DNA of 62,877 nucleotides, filler included, from Basidiobolus ranarum (Eukaryota): NCBI GenBank assembly GCA_040143965.1. It is 9 parts of 9 records of this genome, joined end to end, with 100 filler letters (N's around TTAATTAATTAA, not from the genome) between each part and the next. Parts side by side here need not be neighbours in the genome. Positions count along the whole stretch, not along the records: positions 7,022 to 13,939 come from JASJQH010001217.1; positions 14,040 to 20,951 come from JASJQH010001218.1; positions 21,052 to 27,949 come from JASJQH010001219.1; 6 more parts are not named here. One strand, 5' to 3'. Shown piece by piece: positions 9,575 to 22,779 of this stretch (position 1 is its first letter; each line of letters starts with the position of its first letter). The notes under the pieces were generated by a model. It saw only the letters and a program-made list of their open reading frames with translations, ran no database searches and was not told where the DNA came from. The position numbers and the translations under genes were made by a program.

Positions 9575-10654
9575 TTAGATCCTCTCCAGTCGTTTTGTGG
9601 TGATTTTTAACTTCGATTCCGTTCTATCTAAATCTTGACCTAGCTCAGACAATAATTGATTGTGTGCATCTAATTCTTGTCCAACAGTCACACCAATATA
9701 TAACTGACGTTTGAGAATAATACTAAATTGTTCTAGGCTGGTATTTTGCTCTTGCATCATTTGTTGTTGCAATATTAATAAGCCATTACTATCAAGTCCA
9801 TTGGTTTTCTCAGTATCTCTAGGCAGTGTCTTATTGTTGCCAAATATACGCGAGGATGAAGGTGTCTTTAGGATTTGCTTTGTAACAGTTCGTGGGTACA
9901 ATAAAGAGTCACGCTCGCTGATAAAAGCTGCTGGAGGGGTAGTAGGGCTCTCGTGAGTTCCTAGAGTCGCAAGCTTAGATAACATTGAGACTTCATCCAA
10001 TATTTTATTCAACTTATCCCCGCGACGAGAACGTTCCCATTCCGAAATGACTCCAATCTCTTCACTTGTGCCTGCTAAATAAGTTAACCCAGTTTTCAAC
10101 GTGACTAAACGTTGGTTTAGTAAAGTGATTCCTTTTTTGACTTGGAAGGTGCAGTTATGCGCGGCAGCCACTTCTTGTTGCGAATAGTGAACATCCCTTC
10201 GTAGTAAAATGGCACGGTTTTCCCGGATCAAAGCTTGAATAGCTTTTACTTCATCTAGCCAACTTTCTGAGGTGAAATTTTTAGCGAGGTCACTATTTTT
10301 TATTTTGGGTATTTCTAAAAAGGTACTCCACTCAAGAGTATCTCTCCAGCGAGAATCAGTAGAATCCAGTATAGCTTTCATATATTTCGCCAAACCTTCT
10401 CTTCTTTCTTCAATGAAATCGATCCCCCTGCAACCAGAGAATAGATAATATGTCTTAGGTGGAAGTTGGTACGGTGGTAAGTTTTTAGGAAATCTTCGCA
10501 ACAGATCGTTGTGAAGCTGATAGAACTCGCTATATCGACGATATACAGACCAACCGCGTACGCTTGTTTGCACGGTGATGTTGTAAACGATATGCGTTGA
10601 AGGAATATTTCTTTCCTCCGTGTCCTTAATCCGAATGGCCTTGATGTCTACCAT
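9575..10654 (-). CDS. VAM7: PX-domain Qc-SNARE, vacuolar Vam7-like (intronless)
   Basis: N-terminal PX domain (VYRRYSEFYQLHNDL, LPPK, IEERREGLAKYM); C-terminal SNARE coil (QQQMMQEQNTSLEQFSIILKRQ...VGQELDAHNQLL); no TM helix. Confidence 0.85.
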   Translation of the reverse strand: MVDIKAIRIKDTEERNIPSTHIVYNITVQTSVRGWSVYRRYSEFYQLHNDLLRRFPKNLPPYQLPPKTYYLFSGCRGIDFIEERREGLAKYMKAILDSTDSRWRDTLEWSTFLEIPKIKNSDLAKNFTSESWLDEVKAIQALIRENRAILLRRDVHYSQQEVAAAHNCTFQVKKGITLLNQRLVTLKTGLTYLAGTSEEIGVISEWERSRRGDKLNKILDEVSMLSKLATLGTHESPTTPPAAFISERDSLLYPRTVTKQILKTPSSSRIFGNNKTLPRDTEKTNGLDSNGLLILQQQMMQEQNTSLEQFSIILKRQLYIGVTVGQELDAHNQLLSELGQDLDRTESKLKITTKRLERI

Positions 10655-11242
10655 ATCTCCAGCTGCCCAGTGGTTAGAGGGTAAGTGGGTGATATTTAAG
10701 ATTTATGAACATACAAGTAATATGGATTCTAAATCATCCTCACCCTCAGACTATATTCACTATATGCAAAACAGGTATAAAGCCAGAGAAATTTAATTTA
10801 AGTTTCATCCAACAATCACTTATTTACTAATATAGGCTACATGGTCGCTTGATTATGCTAGCCCTAAGCAAATTACTCGCTTAAAATCATCTGGTGTCAG
10901 GAGAAAGGGCCACTCTAAAGCTATGGGTGCATTACATCATATATCTCGAAAGCGCCTTAGACTCGGACATTCAAATTAAAATGTGCGAGGTAAGGAGCAT
11001 ATCAGTAGCTTGTCAAACCCTGAGACATAGTACTGAAGTACGAATTTCATGATACAAACACTTTATATTGGTTTTGTAATAAATATGATGATGGACTGTA
11101 CAGACAAGTTCAAAAGTACGAAGAGGCAAGTTTAACTTGATAAAAAGTATTTCACTAAAGGAAGATAAAAGTGCTTCCCAAAATGAAACCTATGGCTTCA
11201 TATGATGTTGGTAAGTTGAAGTTAGAGTTAGAAAGTCGCTAT

Positions 11243-11902
11243 TCAAATAGCTTGAAACTCTTCTTCGTCACCCTGAGGCTCATCTCGTGCAAAGGAGGGG
11301 TTAGTTTGACTAGAAGGATGATCAACAATAGCCAATTCGGAGTTTTCTCGATTGGAACCAATGAGCCCCTTGTCATGAGCTGCCATTTGAGCTGCTCTAC
11401 GTTTATCTTCTAATTCTCTCTCCTCTGCCAAACGAGCTTCCTCCTCCTCTCTTTCGAGTTCAGCATCCAATATTTCATTCATTTTAGCCTATTTTTGGAC
11501 AAAAAGATATAGATATGAACATTGTTCCAAAGTAAGAATACTGCGTAACAATCCACTTACGTTTTCTTCTGCTAAGTTAGAAAGGTTTTGAATGTGACTT
11601 TGATCTAGCAGTTCAGCTTGGGGTTCCTCGGCTGAAAATAAATTGTCCTCTTCGTCTGAATAAATGTCTAATTGATTTTCTCTAGGAGAGGTGTGACGTT
11701 GAAAAGGATTCGATCTGCCTTGAGCGGAGCGAAATGGATTTCCACTTAGAAAAGAGTTATCCTGGCTCTGATGAGAGCTCAACAAATTTTCAAACTCAAG
11801 ATCGTCATCTGGTTCTGCATCTGACGCTTCTGGCACAACGACTGGTACTCGGTCTAGTTTCTCTCTCCTACAAGAGGCGAACATGCTTAAACAGCTTCCC
11901 AT
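11243..11902 (-). CDS. Uncharacterised acidic protein with N-myristoylation/palmitoylation motif (exons 11902-11561 and 11488-11243)
   Basis: Two ORFs joined in frame by a GTAAGT...TAG intron. N-terminus MGSCLSMFASC; C-terminal charged coiled coil. Confidence 0.75.
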
Positions 11903-12379
11903 TTTGTATATTGGCTATGACGTGAAGATAAACAAGATATTTGTTAACGGCTCTGACTAAGGATGCACAGTATGTATGCTATTTTTATTATTAGAGAAGT
12001 GTTACTAAACAGTGAAGGGATATAGCCAGCTTAATTAGTGAAAGTGAGTGTTGAAACGTAATATATGATTTATGCTGGAAAATATTTGAATAACTTCAAT
12101 GAAAATCTCGTGACCGTGGACAATATATGCACTGCATTAAGGTTCAAAAAGATAGTCAAAATAAATCAACTTTTGACTAAAATCTGATTGAAAACAATTG
12201 ACCGTGATTGGATCTTTTATAGCAAAACAAACAATCGTATAGCAGTAAGATCATCAAATGAATTCTTTATCATTAACAAGATATTCGTGTATGAGCACGC
12301 GAAAGGAATATCACCAACGTTCCTTTTAAACCTATACTAAATACGATTCTTTTAACAAGAAACAACTTTCGCGTTTTCA

Positions 12380-13476
12380 ATGAGTCCCAAAACTAGAAGC
12401 GGAAAAAATATAGAAGATTCAACTGCGATAGCCCACGCAACTGAATTGGTCACAGAACATCTCGGCTTTCTACCTTTGGCTTTTGTTGACGATGTGATCA
12501 ACTCTGTTAATGAACTCATTTATCAAGCAACTAGCTCTTTAGAACGCTTTGTGGAGTCTGAGCTAGGAGCCAATGAACATGTTGAGCAGGTAAATACTAT
12601 TCATTGCATGGTTTATAAACTTCACCATTTAACGGTTGTTTCTTTTTATTAGGGCATCAACCAAATTGAAACTCTTCTGGAATCAGCTGTTGATAAAAAC
12701 TTTGATATCTTTGAATTGTACGTCTTGAAGAATATATTTACCATTCCCTCCGGGCTCAATGTTGAGCTCCCTCACTATAAGGTCAGTTGTGAGCGTTTAA
12801 ACACTTAGAACCCATTTAATGTATAATAATTAACTTTTGGTTTCTTTTAGAATATTGATTACTCACTTAGTATGGAAGAAGATGAAAAGCTTGATGACGA
12901 GCTCGAACAACTTAGAAAGCAGATCGTGGCAGTAAGCTAAACATGTTACTTCTTTATTTGGCAACCGTGATATGCTAAAGAAGATTCTTTAGGAAAAATG
13001 CTTCAACCATAGACTTAAAAAGTCGGTAACTAATACCGAGAAGAAATTGAACTACTACGAAGCTCGCAAATCTCAACTGGATTTCATATATTCCTCAGTT
13101 AAAAATAGCAATGGTACTCAGATATATTGTGGATATTTTGAAGTGTTCATGTAATAACAATTATCTTTCAATCGTACTAGTCACATCCCTCAAAGACACG
13201 GTGTCTCTGGTTGCCGACCAAATCGGTGCTCTTGAAAACCAACTTTTCAAGGTTCGTCGTCAAGCTAATCAAGAGACATTTACCAAACTGGCTTCAAATA
13301 CCGACACTAGAACCACGTATTTGAATGGAATTGTTGCTGGGTTTATTGCCAAGCAGAAAAGAAAAGATCAAGATACCACTGATTCAATGGATATCGACAG
13401 TGAGGACAAACAAACCAACGAAATTGCATCGGTCAGTGACTGGAGAGAATTTACCAAAGCCATTAAAAAACAATGA
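12380..13476 (+). CDS. MIS12: Kinetochore protein Mis12/Mtw1 (multi-exon)
   Basis: LVTEHLGFLPLAFVDDVINSVNELIYQA; downstream exon GINQIETLLESAVDKNFDIFELYVLKNIFTIP; short GT-AG introns. Confidence 0.9.
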
Positions 13477-13801
13477 AATCTTCCTTCTCTTCCCCTTCGC
13501 GTTTCTTTCTCTCGTTTACACCATTTTTCTATGACTGTATATTTGTATTTCTTGATTATTGTGTAGTTTCCGTAAATAATGGATCTGATTTTCATGTTTA
13601 ATAAAGCAAAATTCAAGCCAAGTACTGTGGAGACAAGTGAATAATAGCCAAAATAATTAAAATTTTTTCGTTTATTTCCCGTGCGGAAACGACCGTGATT
13701 TAGGTGCTCAACAGGATGTCCTCTTAAATTGATTAGATCAACTTTGACTATGAAATGAGAGGTAGAATATCTTCGAATGATAAAATCGTTCAGAAATTCA
13801 T

Positions 13802-13939
13802 TTAGAAAACAAGAGCAGCACCCTTGGTCTTCTTGTCACCACCAAGTTCGAAGTGCTTGCAACGTTTCAAAGCAAGTTGCATCTTGTACTTGCAAACGGT
13901 GCATTCAAGACGAAGGACAACCTTCTTGGTAGTCTTGGC
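13802..13939 (-). CDS. RPL42: 60S ribosomal protein eL42 (L44/L36a), 3' end only
   Basis: [45 protein letters not shown]-stop. Confidence 0.95.
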   Translation of the reverse strand, partial: AKTTKKVVLRLECTVCKYKMQLALKRCKHFELGGDKKTKGAALVF

Positions 13940-14042
13940 NNNNNNNNNNNNNNNNNNNNNNNNNNNNNNNNNNNNNNNNNNNNTTAATTAATTAANNNNN
14001 NNNNNNNNNNNNNNNNNNNNNNNNNNNNNNNNNNNNNNNGAG

Positions 14043-14390
14043 TGTTGAAATTCACATTGCCTAAACACCTATATAGTCATATATAGCATAGTACTTATTT
14101 ATCTTATAATTCACTAAGATGTTATCAATTATTCTCAATCAGAATTTACTTAGAATATTTTTACCAACTCTGAAGTTCTCAGATTTATAGATTTTTCAAA
14201 CTTGTGCTAGAAGCCCCAAACTTTGCACACATGTTCCTGGGACCTTCCTTAACATATTCTACTTGTTAGTTTGTTTACATCTTGACAAAACTATAAATGT
14301 CAACTTTCTACTCAATAAATCAATAAGTGAAAACCACCAATTCCTCTAATTCTCCAAACCACTTCCAACAGGCTCCCAAATACTTTAACA
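14043..14390 (+). repeat. Solo LTR, family B
   Basis: TGTTGAA...TTTAACA termini, ~348 bp, collinear with the TSD-flanked copies at 46873 and 47406. Confidence 0.85.
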
Positions 14391-14399
14391 CTCTAATGG

Positions 14400-17300
14400 T
14401 ATTGTGATTCCAAAGGGTAGATCAAATCCTGATCAAATAGTTTTTATTTTTGTCCGGATCAGTGATGGATGTAATGGAATGGGTTAAGATGACTACAGGG
14501 TATATCAACCCTCCAACAAATGGCCCTTTTCAATGTGCTCATGGATTTTAGCATTGTTTGAGCACAGTAACAGCATCAAAACCCAATCCATGGACACTGA
14601 GTAATTACTTCAATAATTTGGACTAATTACTTATGTAATAATCTGACAGTATTTCTTGGAAAGCTGCAAGACAGACTTCTTGGTTGGAAAGATTTAAATA
14701 TGAAGTATATTTGTTTTAGCAATGTGGCAATCTATTAAAGCAATGACATAACTACTTGTGGCAGGATATTTGTTGGCCGCAAGTTGTGGATACTTTGGTG
14801 GAATCCTGTACAGAAATGTGCCAAAATCCAAGAGCTTATTCTCAATGTGAGCAGTAACTGGAGTCAGCTATTTACCAAATGTCAATACTATTCAAAATTT
14901 CAGATGCTTAGCAATTTCTCCACCATTAGTTTGCTGGTAAATCATATCAATATTGTTGAGTTATGTCTGATCAGTAAAGTTTGTGCATATGTAGAGACTA
15001 AGCAAAACTAGATTCTTGTATTTTTTGATTCTCATTATGGCTAGAATACAAAGTCTAAAACATCAAATTAAAGGCATGCATATTAGTTTGAATTCCTACA
15101 GCAGTAAACCCAGTAATTTTCATTCAAAAATTGGTTTTTTGCACACATTGTTGGAAGTTAAACAATACATGCCAAATATGAGGATTGATATGTCACCATG
15201 TATAAATACCTTCAAAATACTATCAAAAGTGGCTGTCTTGCCATAAAAATATTTGGCCCTAGATGTGGCCCACCAAACCAAAAAATGTTTCCTTCAAATT
15301 TGTCGAAGCCTGGAACTTTACACCAGGAGCTTTTTACTTGCCTGAATAGAGTTGCATTTGGTTGCTTTTGGGCCAGTTTGTTCTCACAGTAAATGTTTCA
15401 AGAATGTATCTGATCTGAACTCTGTTGGGAAATTCTCCAGGAAATAAAAGGAATTTAAAATCTCTAAATCTTCTGTCCAAGGCACTTTCAATATCATTAA
15501 TTTCTGAAGCTAGATATTTCCCACTTACTTCAAGCCTGGCATGGAAGCTTCTCCCACTTTCACTACCAGTGACACTGAATTGAGATCTGATTGGGCACAG
15601 ATTTTGAAGTAACTAAACAAATAGCCTAGCTGCCTACTGATAGGTATTGGAGTACTTAAGCCACAGTATTTCTCAAATATAGCCTCTAAGGTGGTGATAG
15701 GGGAGCCAGAAGTTGCTTTTGGATTAATGAGGAAGGACCATTTAACGTAGATGGGATCATTGTACTTAAGTTGTATTGAGCTGGCAAGATATGGATTGAT
15801 CCAACTTGCATAAGAAATTTATCTAAGAATTTCAATCATTATGGTACAATTCCCTACATTCAGTATGATGACATCTCCGTTTGCATTTATTAACCTAATT
15901 GTTTCAATAATGTGTAACTGCATGGAAATTATGTTATAAACTACATCAGCAAACTTATTAATAGTTTAATCTGAATCAATTTATTTTATGTATATATCAA
16001 AATGGTGCAATGTAGAATGCATGATGCTTGAACACACTCTATGAAATTTACTTTGACATTTGTACCAAAAATATGGAAAGTTCCTTCACTCTAATATAAA
16101 CCAATAAACTCTAACATAATAGATATATTTGATAGTTTCATATCATGTCAAAACAGATTCTTCTGGATTCACAACCTACTTTGGTACAGGAAACCACCAC
16201 TTGCAAAATTTCATGTGCATAGTCAAATGAAGATGTAGTTAGCACCAAACAACACTGGCCTAATGATTTTACAGAAGCCCAGGTATTCACTATGAATTCT
16301 TGCTTGGATATATGGGAGTTATTGATAAATTTGATGGAAGCTGGGGATGGGGCATTACACAAAAGTGGAAGCAACTTTTGACTCTGCTTTGGAGAGAATG
16401 CTGTATCTTCATGCCATCCGGAGTCTGCCCAAAAAATATGTAATAAAACTCACGGTGATAGAAAGCATGAATTTAGAAATAAGAATTTTGATTTTAAGTT
16501 CAAAAAGTCACAATTCCCATTGTGTTTTTGCATGTATGGGCCAGGAGTGATCATTGCCACCTCAACTTCAGAGACAAAAGATGTTCTAAATAGATATCTC
16601 CCAGTACTCAATGAGACTTTGCAGTAACTGCTGGTGGATGTTACAGAGTTCAAAACAGCATTGCAGGGCATTATGGCAAGTGTGATCAGCAGGGATGTAA
16701 AGAGATATGCAAGCCAATTTATTGAATAAGAAGATATTTGCAAAGGTGAATTGGAGCCATCTAGACCATTGCACATATGTACTAGATCTCTCCAGGCCAA
16801 AGAGACTCCTGACATGGTATCTATTTCTATCTCTAGTCCTTGTCCAGTTCCATATTTTGACACATGCTGCTAGATGTTTACCTTGGCAATTGCAATACTA
16901 ATGGTGAAATATCAAAAGATGTAATAGTAGGAGATAGCTTTGTTACAAACTCTTTGTTTTTGGCAAGCACTAATCCATTCATAACACTTATAGTAAAGGA
17001 AGCTGCTTTGATTAATGAGGAGTGGAGAGTTCAATCCAATCTTGGCAAACAGGTGTTTACTGGTTTTCTTACACTTTCAACACAGCTGATTGGCAACTGT
17101 TGCTTGGCACAGACCCAAAACAAGTGGAAAACACTTGTCAACTGCATCACTTATAATCCTTGTGTAATTAAACTACCCCAAGTCCAAATGGTTGTTTGGC
17201 TTTCACCAGTGATCTGAAAAACCTGAAGTCATGTACCATTTGCTCACAATTGGCAATCACCAAATCAGGTAAAAATTGTTCAAATTTGGCTACATATTTT

Positions 17301-17720
17301 TGATTCCCCATCTTAAAGTTTTGATGAAATCAACAAATATAGATCCTTGATCCATTACCAAAGGGCTAACCATAAAGCTGATGGTATTATCAATATACTT
17401 GATGGACATCACTCTTAGAATCTGAAAAGTCAAGGTTTCTTTGAGAACCTATATGATCATGCCGTTGCATTAGCTTTGGTGGTTTCTTACTTTACAAATA
17501 TACTGTTGGAAAGGCATGCTGGCCAATAATTTTAATTTACTCAAATCTTCCTCCTTCAGAACATAATAAGAGTAATTATATTTTGATTTTTTGGAAGCTA
17601 ATAGCATTGTGTATTGGTGACACTCATGCCATCAGTAAGCTTGGAGGTTTTTGTGGGCACAATGCACTATTCTGCTGTAGATTTTGTTTAAGCAATGGAG
17701 TTTATTCTGGCTGGCATAAC
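14400..17720 (+). mobile_element. Mosaic of decayed CACTA/EnSpm-type DNA transposon pieces (3' part 14461-15250; upstream region ~15600-16860; transposase 5' part ~16870-17720)
   Basis: CIGDTHAISKLGGFCGHNALFCCRFC and ACWPII motifs. Clear nucleotide similarity to 28050-30560 and 31600-34720. Confidence 0.8.
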
Positions 17721-17864
17721 TGTTCAAATTCCACAATTGAATGCTCCATGAAGCTATCTATAGGCACTAGTAATTGAGGTCCAGATAGGATGGATAGTAT
17801 CAAAATATCATAACTCTATATCATTCAACTGGAAGAGGATTTAAGTTAATAAAATATACAACAG

Positions 17865-18155
17865 CAAGCCTTCTCAATGGTGTATTTGTTTGGTGAGAAA
17901 CCATCCAGAGCCAGTGCAAATGCATGATCTTAAGATTTCTTGAAGATAGCACAACTTTTGAGATTCTTGTAGTGATAACCATCAAGTATATTGGTATTAC
18001 TGGCAGCTTTATGGTGAGTTCTTTGGTAATAGATCAATTATCTATATTTATGACAGTTCATCAAAGCTTTACAATGGGGAATTGATGGTGTGTAAGTCAA
18101 ATATAGCAATACTTACCTGATTTGGTGATTGCCAACTGTACGCATACAGTACATG
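17865..18155 (-). mobile_element. Inverted fragment of the same CACTA transposase
   Basis: Reverse complement matches ~17240-17520 and ~28370-28690 (AFALALDGF region). Confidence 0.7.
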
Positions 18156-18157
18156 AC

Positions 18158-20531
18158 TGTTCAAATTACATAACTAGTAACTCATTATTTAGTAGTTAGT
18201 TTATGCATATTCTGTTTATTTTGCACTCAATTCTGCAATTCAAAAATATGTGTTTGTTGCTCTAATTGATAGAAATATCAATTAGCAGACTTCTACCAAT
18301 TTCCACTATTCTCTCAAACCTTCTTCAAATTGCCTCAAATTTTTACACATGCTAAGCAGGCATGTCTGTAATGATGTAGGCATATCCACTAGTCCTATTT
18401 TGTTTGTTACAATCTAAGCACATCCTATAGGCCTATTTCATAGTAAACACTAAATAGGACATATTCAATTTAATAAAGCTTAAGTGTTTATCATACAAAT
18501 CCAAATCTGGTCCAAAACACTTCCAAATCCCCTAAACACTTTGATCGGGCTATGAGCCCCAAGCTAGCTGTTAAAGGAATGTCTATTAGTTCTATTTCCA
18601 ATGTATTTTCATCTGCAAAGAAGTTTGATGGTGAAGACTTTCACCTTTGGAAGTTCAAGATGCAAATGGTGCCAGATGACAAAAATCTATGGAGATTTGT
18701 TGCAGGAGTAGAAATAAAGGCAAAGGGACCACCAGAAGTTATCCATGTCTTTAACAAGAAGCAAAGGAAAGCACCTTTCACACTTTGTCTACATCTCAGA
18801 GACTCTGATTTGAGGCATATACACTCAGCTAGAAAAATCCAAACTTCTTTGGAAACACTTGAGGGACTGTATGAGACTGATGGTCTGGCTAATAGGCTAT
18901 ATGTTGGCCAAAAATTATTTTGAATTTAGATGAGTTCTGAAGGTGCAATGCTTATTTATATCAATCAGATAAAGGGAGAAGTAGATCAGCTCTTTCCATT
19001 GCAGCATCTCTTGATGAAGATGGCTTTGTCATAACACTACTTGGGAGCCTGCCAGAAAAATTTGGTAACCTTATACTTGCCCTAAAATCAAGATCAGAGC
19101 CTTTGACAATGGAATATGTTGATGCTAGGCTTTTGAATGGGGAATTAAGGAGATCAAATTCTCAGCTACATAATGCAGAGCAGGCATTTTTTGGAGCTGT
19201 AAAACATCTAACAAGCTTCAATAATGGTGCTGATACTAGGAAGTCAGTTATCTGGAAGCATTGCAAGAAACCAGGCCATTTCATCAAACATTGCAGAAAC
19301 AGGACAAAGAGCAAAAATAGAGCAAGCAAATCAAGTAAGCACTGATAAGAATCATCTGTTTGTGACTGCCCTATCAGTAGGTTCTAAGGAAGACTCAGAA
19401 ATGTGGGTCATTAATTGAGGAGCATCCCTGCATACTTCAAACCAGAGAGATTGGTTTCACAGCTTAAAACCTATTGAAACAAGCAAAGTTTTCTTATCTG
19501 ATTACTACGCACTTCATGCAGTTGGTAAGAGCATGGTTGTGCTGAATTTAGATGAAAATTCAGTTACACTATCTGCACAATTGGATGATGCACTTTATGT
19601 ACCAAATAAAGCCAAGAATCTACTATCAGTAAGCCAAGCAACAACTCAAGGACTGATTTTTGTGTTCAGTTAGGCTGGATCCACAATCACTGATTGGAAT
19701 AATACTAACTTAGCTACTGTGATCAAATTCAAAACTTATACAAGCTAGATATCAACAAATTGCATTCTGAGCATGCAAACCTGCCCAAAAGTGGGGAAAT
19801 AAGCTGTTAAGCTTGGCATTGAAAAGTAGGCAATGCTGGCAAACAGAAACTGACCTAAACAATCTAATTTTTTTGTGTTTCAGTCTTATAAATTGGAAAC
19901 ATTACTTAATTAGATCTGTGTGAAGGTAGCTTATACAGAAAACATCACAGACAGCTGTTTCCAAGCTGTGGCAAGATCAAATCTGCTTAGAATTTTGCCC
20001 TAACTCATTCTGACGTATGTAATCCATGAAAAATGTCTCACCAGGTGGCAAAAGGTACTTTATGAACTTTACTGAAGCCAAAACAAGATGTACTGGAACA
20101 TTCTTTTTCAAATCAAAATCTGAAGCCTTAGCTAGGTTCCAGCACTACAAAGTGATGGTAGGGCAAGTTTCTTCACAAATAATATGCATACTAAGGTGCA
20201 ATAATGGTGGAGAACACTGCTCTAAACACTTCGCTATTTATTATTCTAAGCATGGAATTAAGCAACAAACTACTGTACCTGATACTCCACAGCAAAATGG
20301 GGTTGTATAATGTGCCACAGCACCATAGTGGAGATGGCAAGAATTCATGTTACATGATCAAAAGTTTGGTTGGCAATATTGGGCTGAATATGTCTCCACT
20401 GCAGTCTGTGTCAGAAACAGGTGCCTAACAAGATTGCAACAGAATATTACAACATTCAATGTCCCATATGGATCAAAACCAAGTGTGGATCATCACAGGA
20501 TTTTTGGTTGTAAAATATATTGCCTAATTCT
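18158..20531 (+). mobile_element. Second decayed family-A Copia element (LTR, PBS, gag, PR, INT), cut within integrase by a nested insertion
   Basis: LTR 18158-18547, PBS GGCTATGAGCCC, gag KKFDGEDFHLWKFKMQM, integrase TPQQNGV and YWAEYVSTAV. Confidence 0.9.
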
Positions 20532-20951
20532 TGTTGAAGTTAATTGTCTTTATCATATTTGTTATCTCTGTCTTTATACACCTAACTATTTCATATATCA
20601 CATATAAGTTAGTTAACATTACTTAGTCATATATCACTTACTGAAGATTGGAACATATATTATATATATATGTGAATAATGTGAGAATTAGCAATTCTGT
20701 ATTAGAATTTTCAAACTCTTCCAAATTGCCCTAAAGATATCTCAATTTACTCCCACACATGTTCTGAACACAACCCCAGTGTTAGGTTTCTGTATTTCCA
20801 CCAAAAAGTGTATATACTTTATTTCTGGACAATAAACAATTATCTCTCAAAGCTCTGCACAACTGCACTTTTCTTAAGTTCCTCCAAACAGCCCATATTT
20901 TCACAATAGATTATGAGCCCCATGTTCTAACCTTTACAGCATGACAGAAAC
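20532..20951 (+). mobile_element. 5' LTR (family C, ~20532-20908) plus PBS of a different Copia element nested in the previous one
   Basis: Abrupt TGTTGAAG start inside integrase sequence, TATA-rich U3, then PBS-like GATTATGAGCCC at 20909-20920. Confidence 0.75.
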
Positions 20952-21051
20952 NNNNNNNNNNNNNNNNNNNNNNNNNNNNNNNNNNNNNNNNNNNNTTAAT
21001 TAATTAANNNNNNNNNNNNNNNNNNNNNNNNNNNNNNNNNNNNNNNNNNNN

Positions 21052-22374
21052 TTCTCTATGGTAATCTCTGTCACCAGATCTACGTCTTTCAAAGCCATCA
21101 CGATCCCTGCGCCTGTAGTCGCGGTCAGCATATCTATCACGGTCGTAACGTCTAGAATCTCTATCGCGATCTCTGTAGCGGTTGCGATCTCTCGACTCGC
21201 GACGACCTCCACGGTCCCTGGGTTTTTCCCCATATTTTTTCTACAAGGGAAATAAAAACATTAACGCGCTGCCCTTAACTGACGTTCCAAGACTGATACT
21301 TACAACATATTCTTCTAAGGCTTCACGGATCTTAGCGTAACCAGTATGTTGCTTTCCTTCCATATGAGCATCCAATCTCTTTGAGGTATCGTTAGTAACT
21401 AAGAATGATCCACAAACATCACAGACTTCCATACGTTTTTCTTGCTTAAAAATAGGATTGGAGTCATCATTCTACAGTCACAAAGCAAGTCAGAGAAGTG
21501 TCTACAAACACTTACAAAACAACAATAGCCTTACATTTTTAAGTGTGGCAAGCTCAGCCTGGAGTCTTTCAAGCTGCTGATTCAAGTCTTGAGCTTCTTG
21601 GACTCTGCCCTCTTCTCCGGCTTCCTCAATCTATTTAAACCCAGGTTAGAAAGGATTTAATATGCCATATATAAAGGAGGCGAAATACCTGTGCTAACAG
21701 ACTCTTAATCTTTTCATCGAGTAACACGATTTTTTCTTCTTTTTCATCCTTGTTAGGATTTAGTAGCTAAGTGAAATGAATTGTTAGTCAACTTAACAGT
21801 AAAAAAACTCTTGATTCAAAACAATATAGATTCATACAGATTCATCGGGTTGGATATTTAAACGTTCTTTGCCTTTACGAATTTTACGGTCGAGATCGTT
21901 TATAAGAGTTTGTAGATATTCATAGAATTCCTCTTCATATCCATATTTTTCACGATCTTCAGCTTCTTGGTAACTATGACAAAATAGATGTTAGCTCAAG
22001 CTCAAATATAAAAGAACAAAAAGCCTTCACTTACTCTCTTTTCAATGCCTCCTCGTGGATTTTGTCACAAGGGCCTACAACCAGTCAATAAAAGTACAAT
22101 AGTTGTTTCTGTCTATATACATTGAACTTACCTAGATCTGACTTTGTGTTTATAAAAAGTTCGTGAGGACAAAACCTAACAAGGAAATATTTGCATACCT
22201 AATTTTTTTATATTAGTGTTAGTAAATCACCGAATTCACTTATACGTATACCTATGAAAAGAAGGTAATAAAAAGTAGGCTTTGAACACCTACATCTCTG
22301 TCAAAGAATTTCTTTTTAGATTCAGACTCATAGGGGCTCATAAGCTCCGAAAGTAAACTTCTAGCGTAATCCAT
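21052..22374 (-). CDS. LUC7: U1 snRNP-associated splicing factor Luc7 (multi-exon; RS/RD-rich 3' end truncated by linker)
   Basis: ZnF1 VCKYFLVRFCPHELFINTKSDLGPCDKIH; ZnF2 MEVCDVCGSFLVTNDTSKRLDAHMEGKQHTGYAKIR; RD/RS-rich tail. Confidence 0.93.
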
Positions 22375-22779
22375 TTTTGGAGTCTAATTACGTACAGGCT
22401 CGAACAACACACGAGAGTTATTAACTTTGGCACGTAAGAGAAAAAAAATCAAGAATAAAGGAAGACCACTGCGTGATTTTATTGTATGCTAATTTGGATT
22501 TATGGCTTGTCCTTGATTTTTATAGGAATTGAAGTTTCATTTGAAATGGGGATTTTTTTGGATTTTATTATCGCTAATAATATTCTTGGATTTCCGGGAA
22601 ATAAATCTGAGGATTAAGTTATTACTATGATGTGCTCATTCTCGGATATCTTTTAGTATCAATATCCAAGTTCGACAGACCATATATGCTTTTGTTATTG
22701 AATATTGAGTGCTACCGTAGACTAAGAATATTCAACATCAATGCTATGATTGAGGGAATTACGAGCGGCGAATGTCTAT

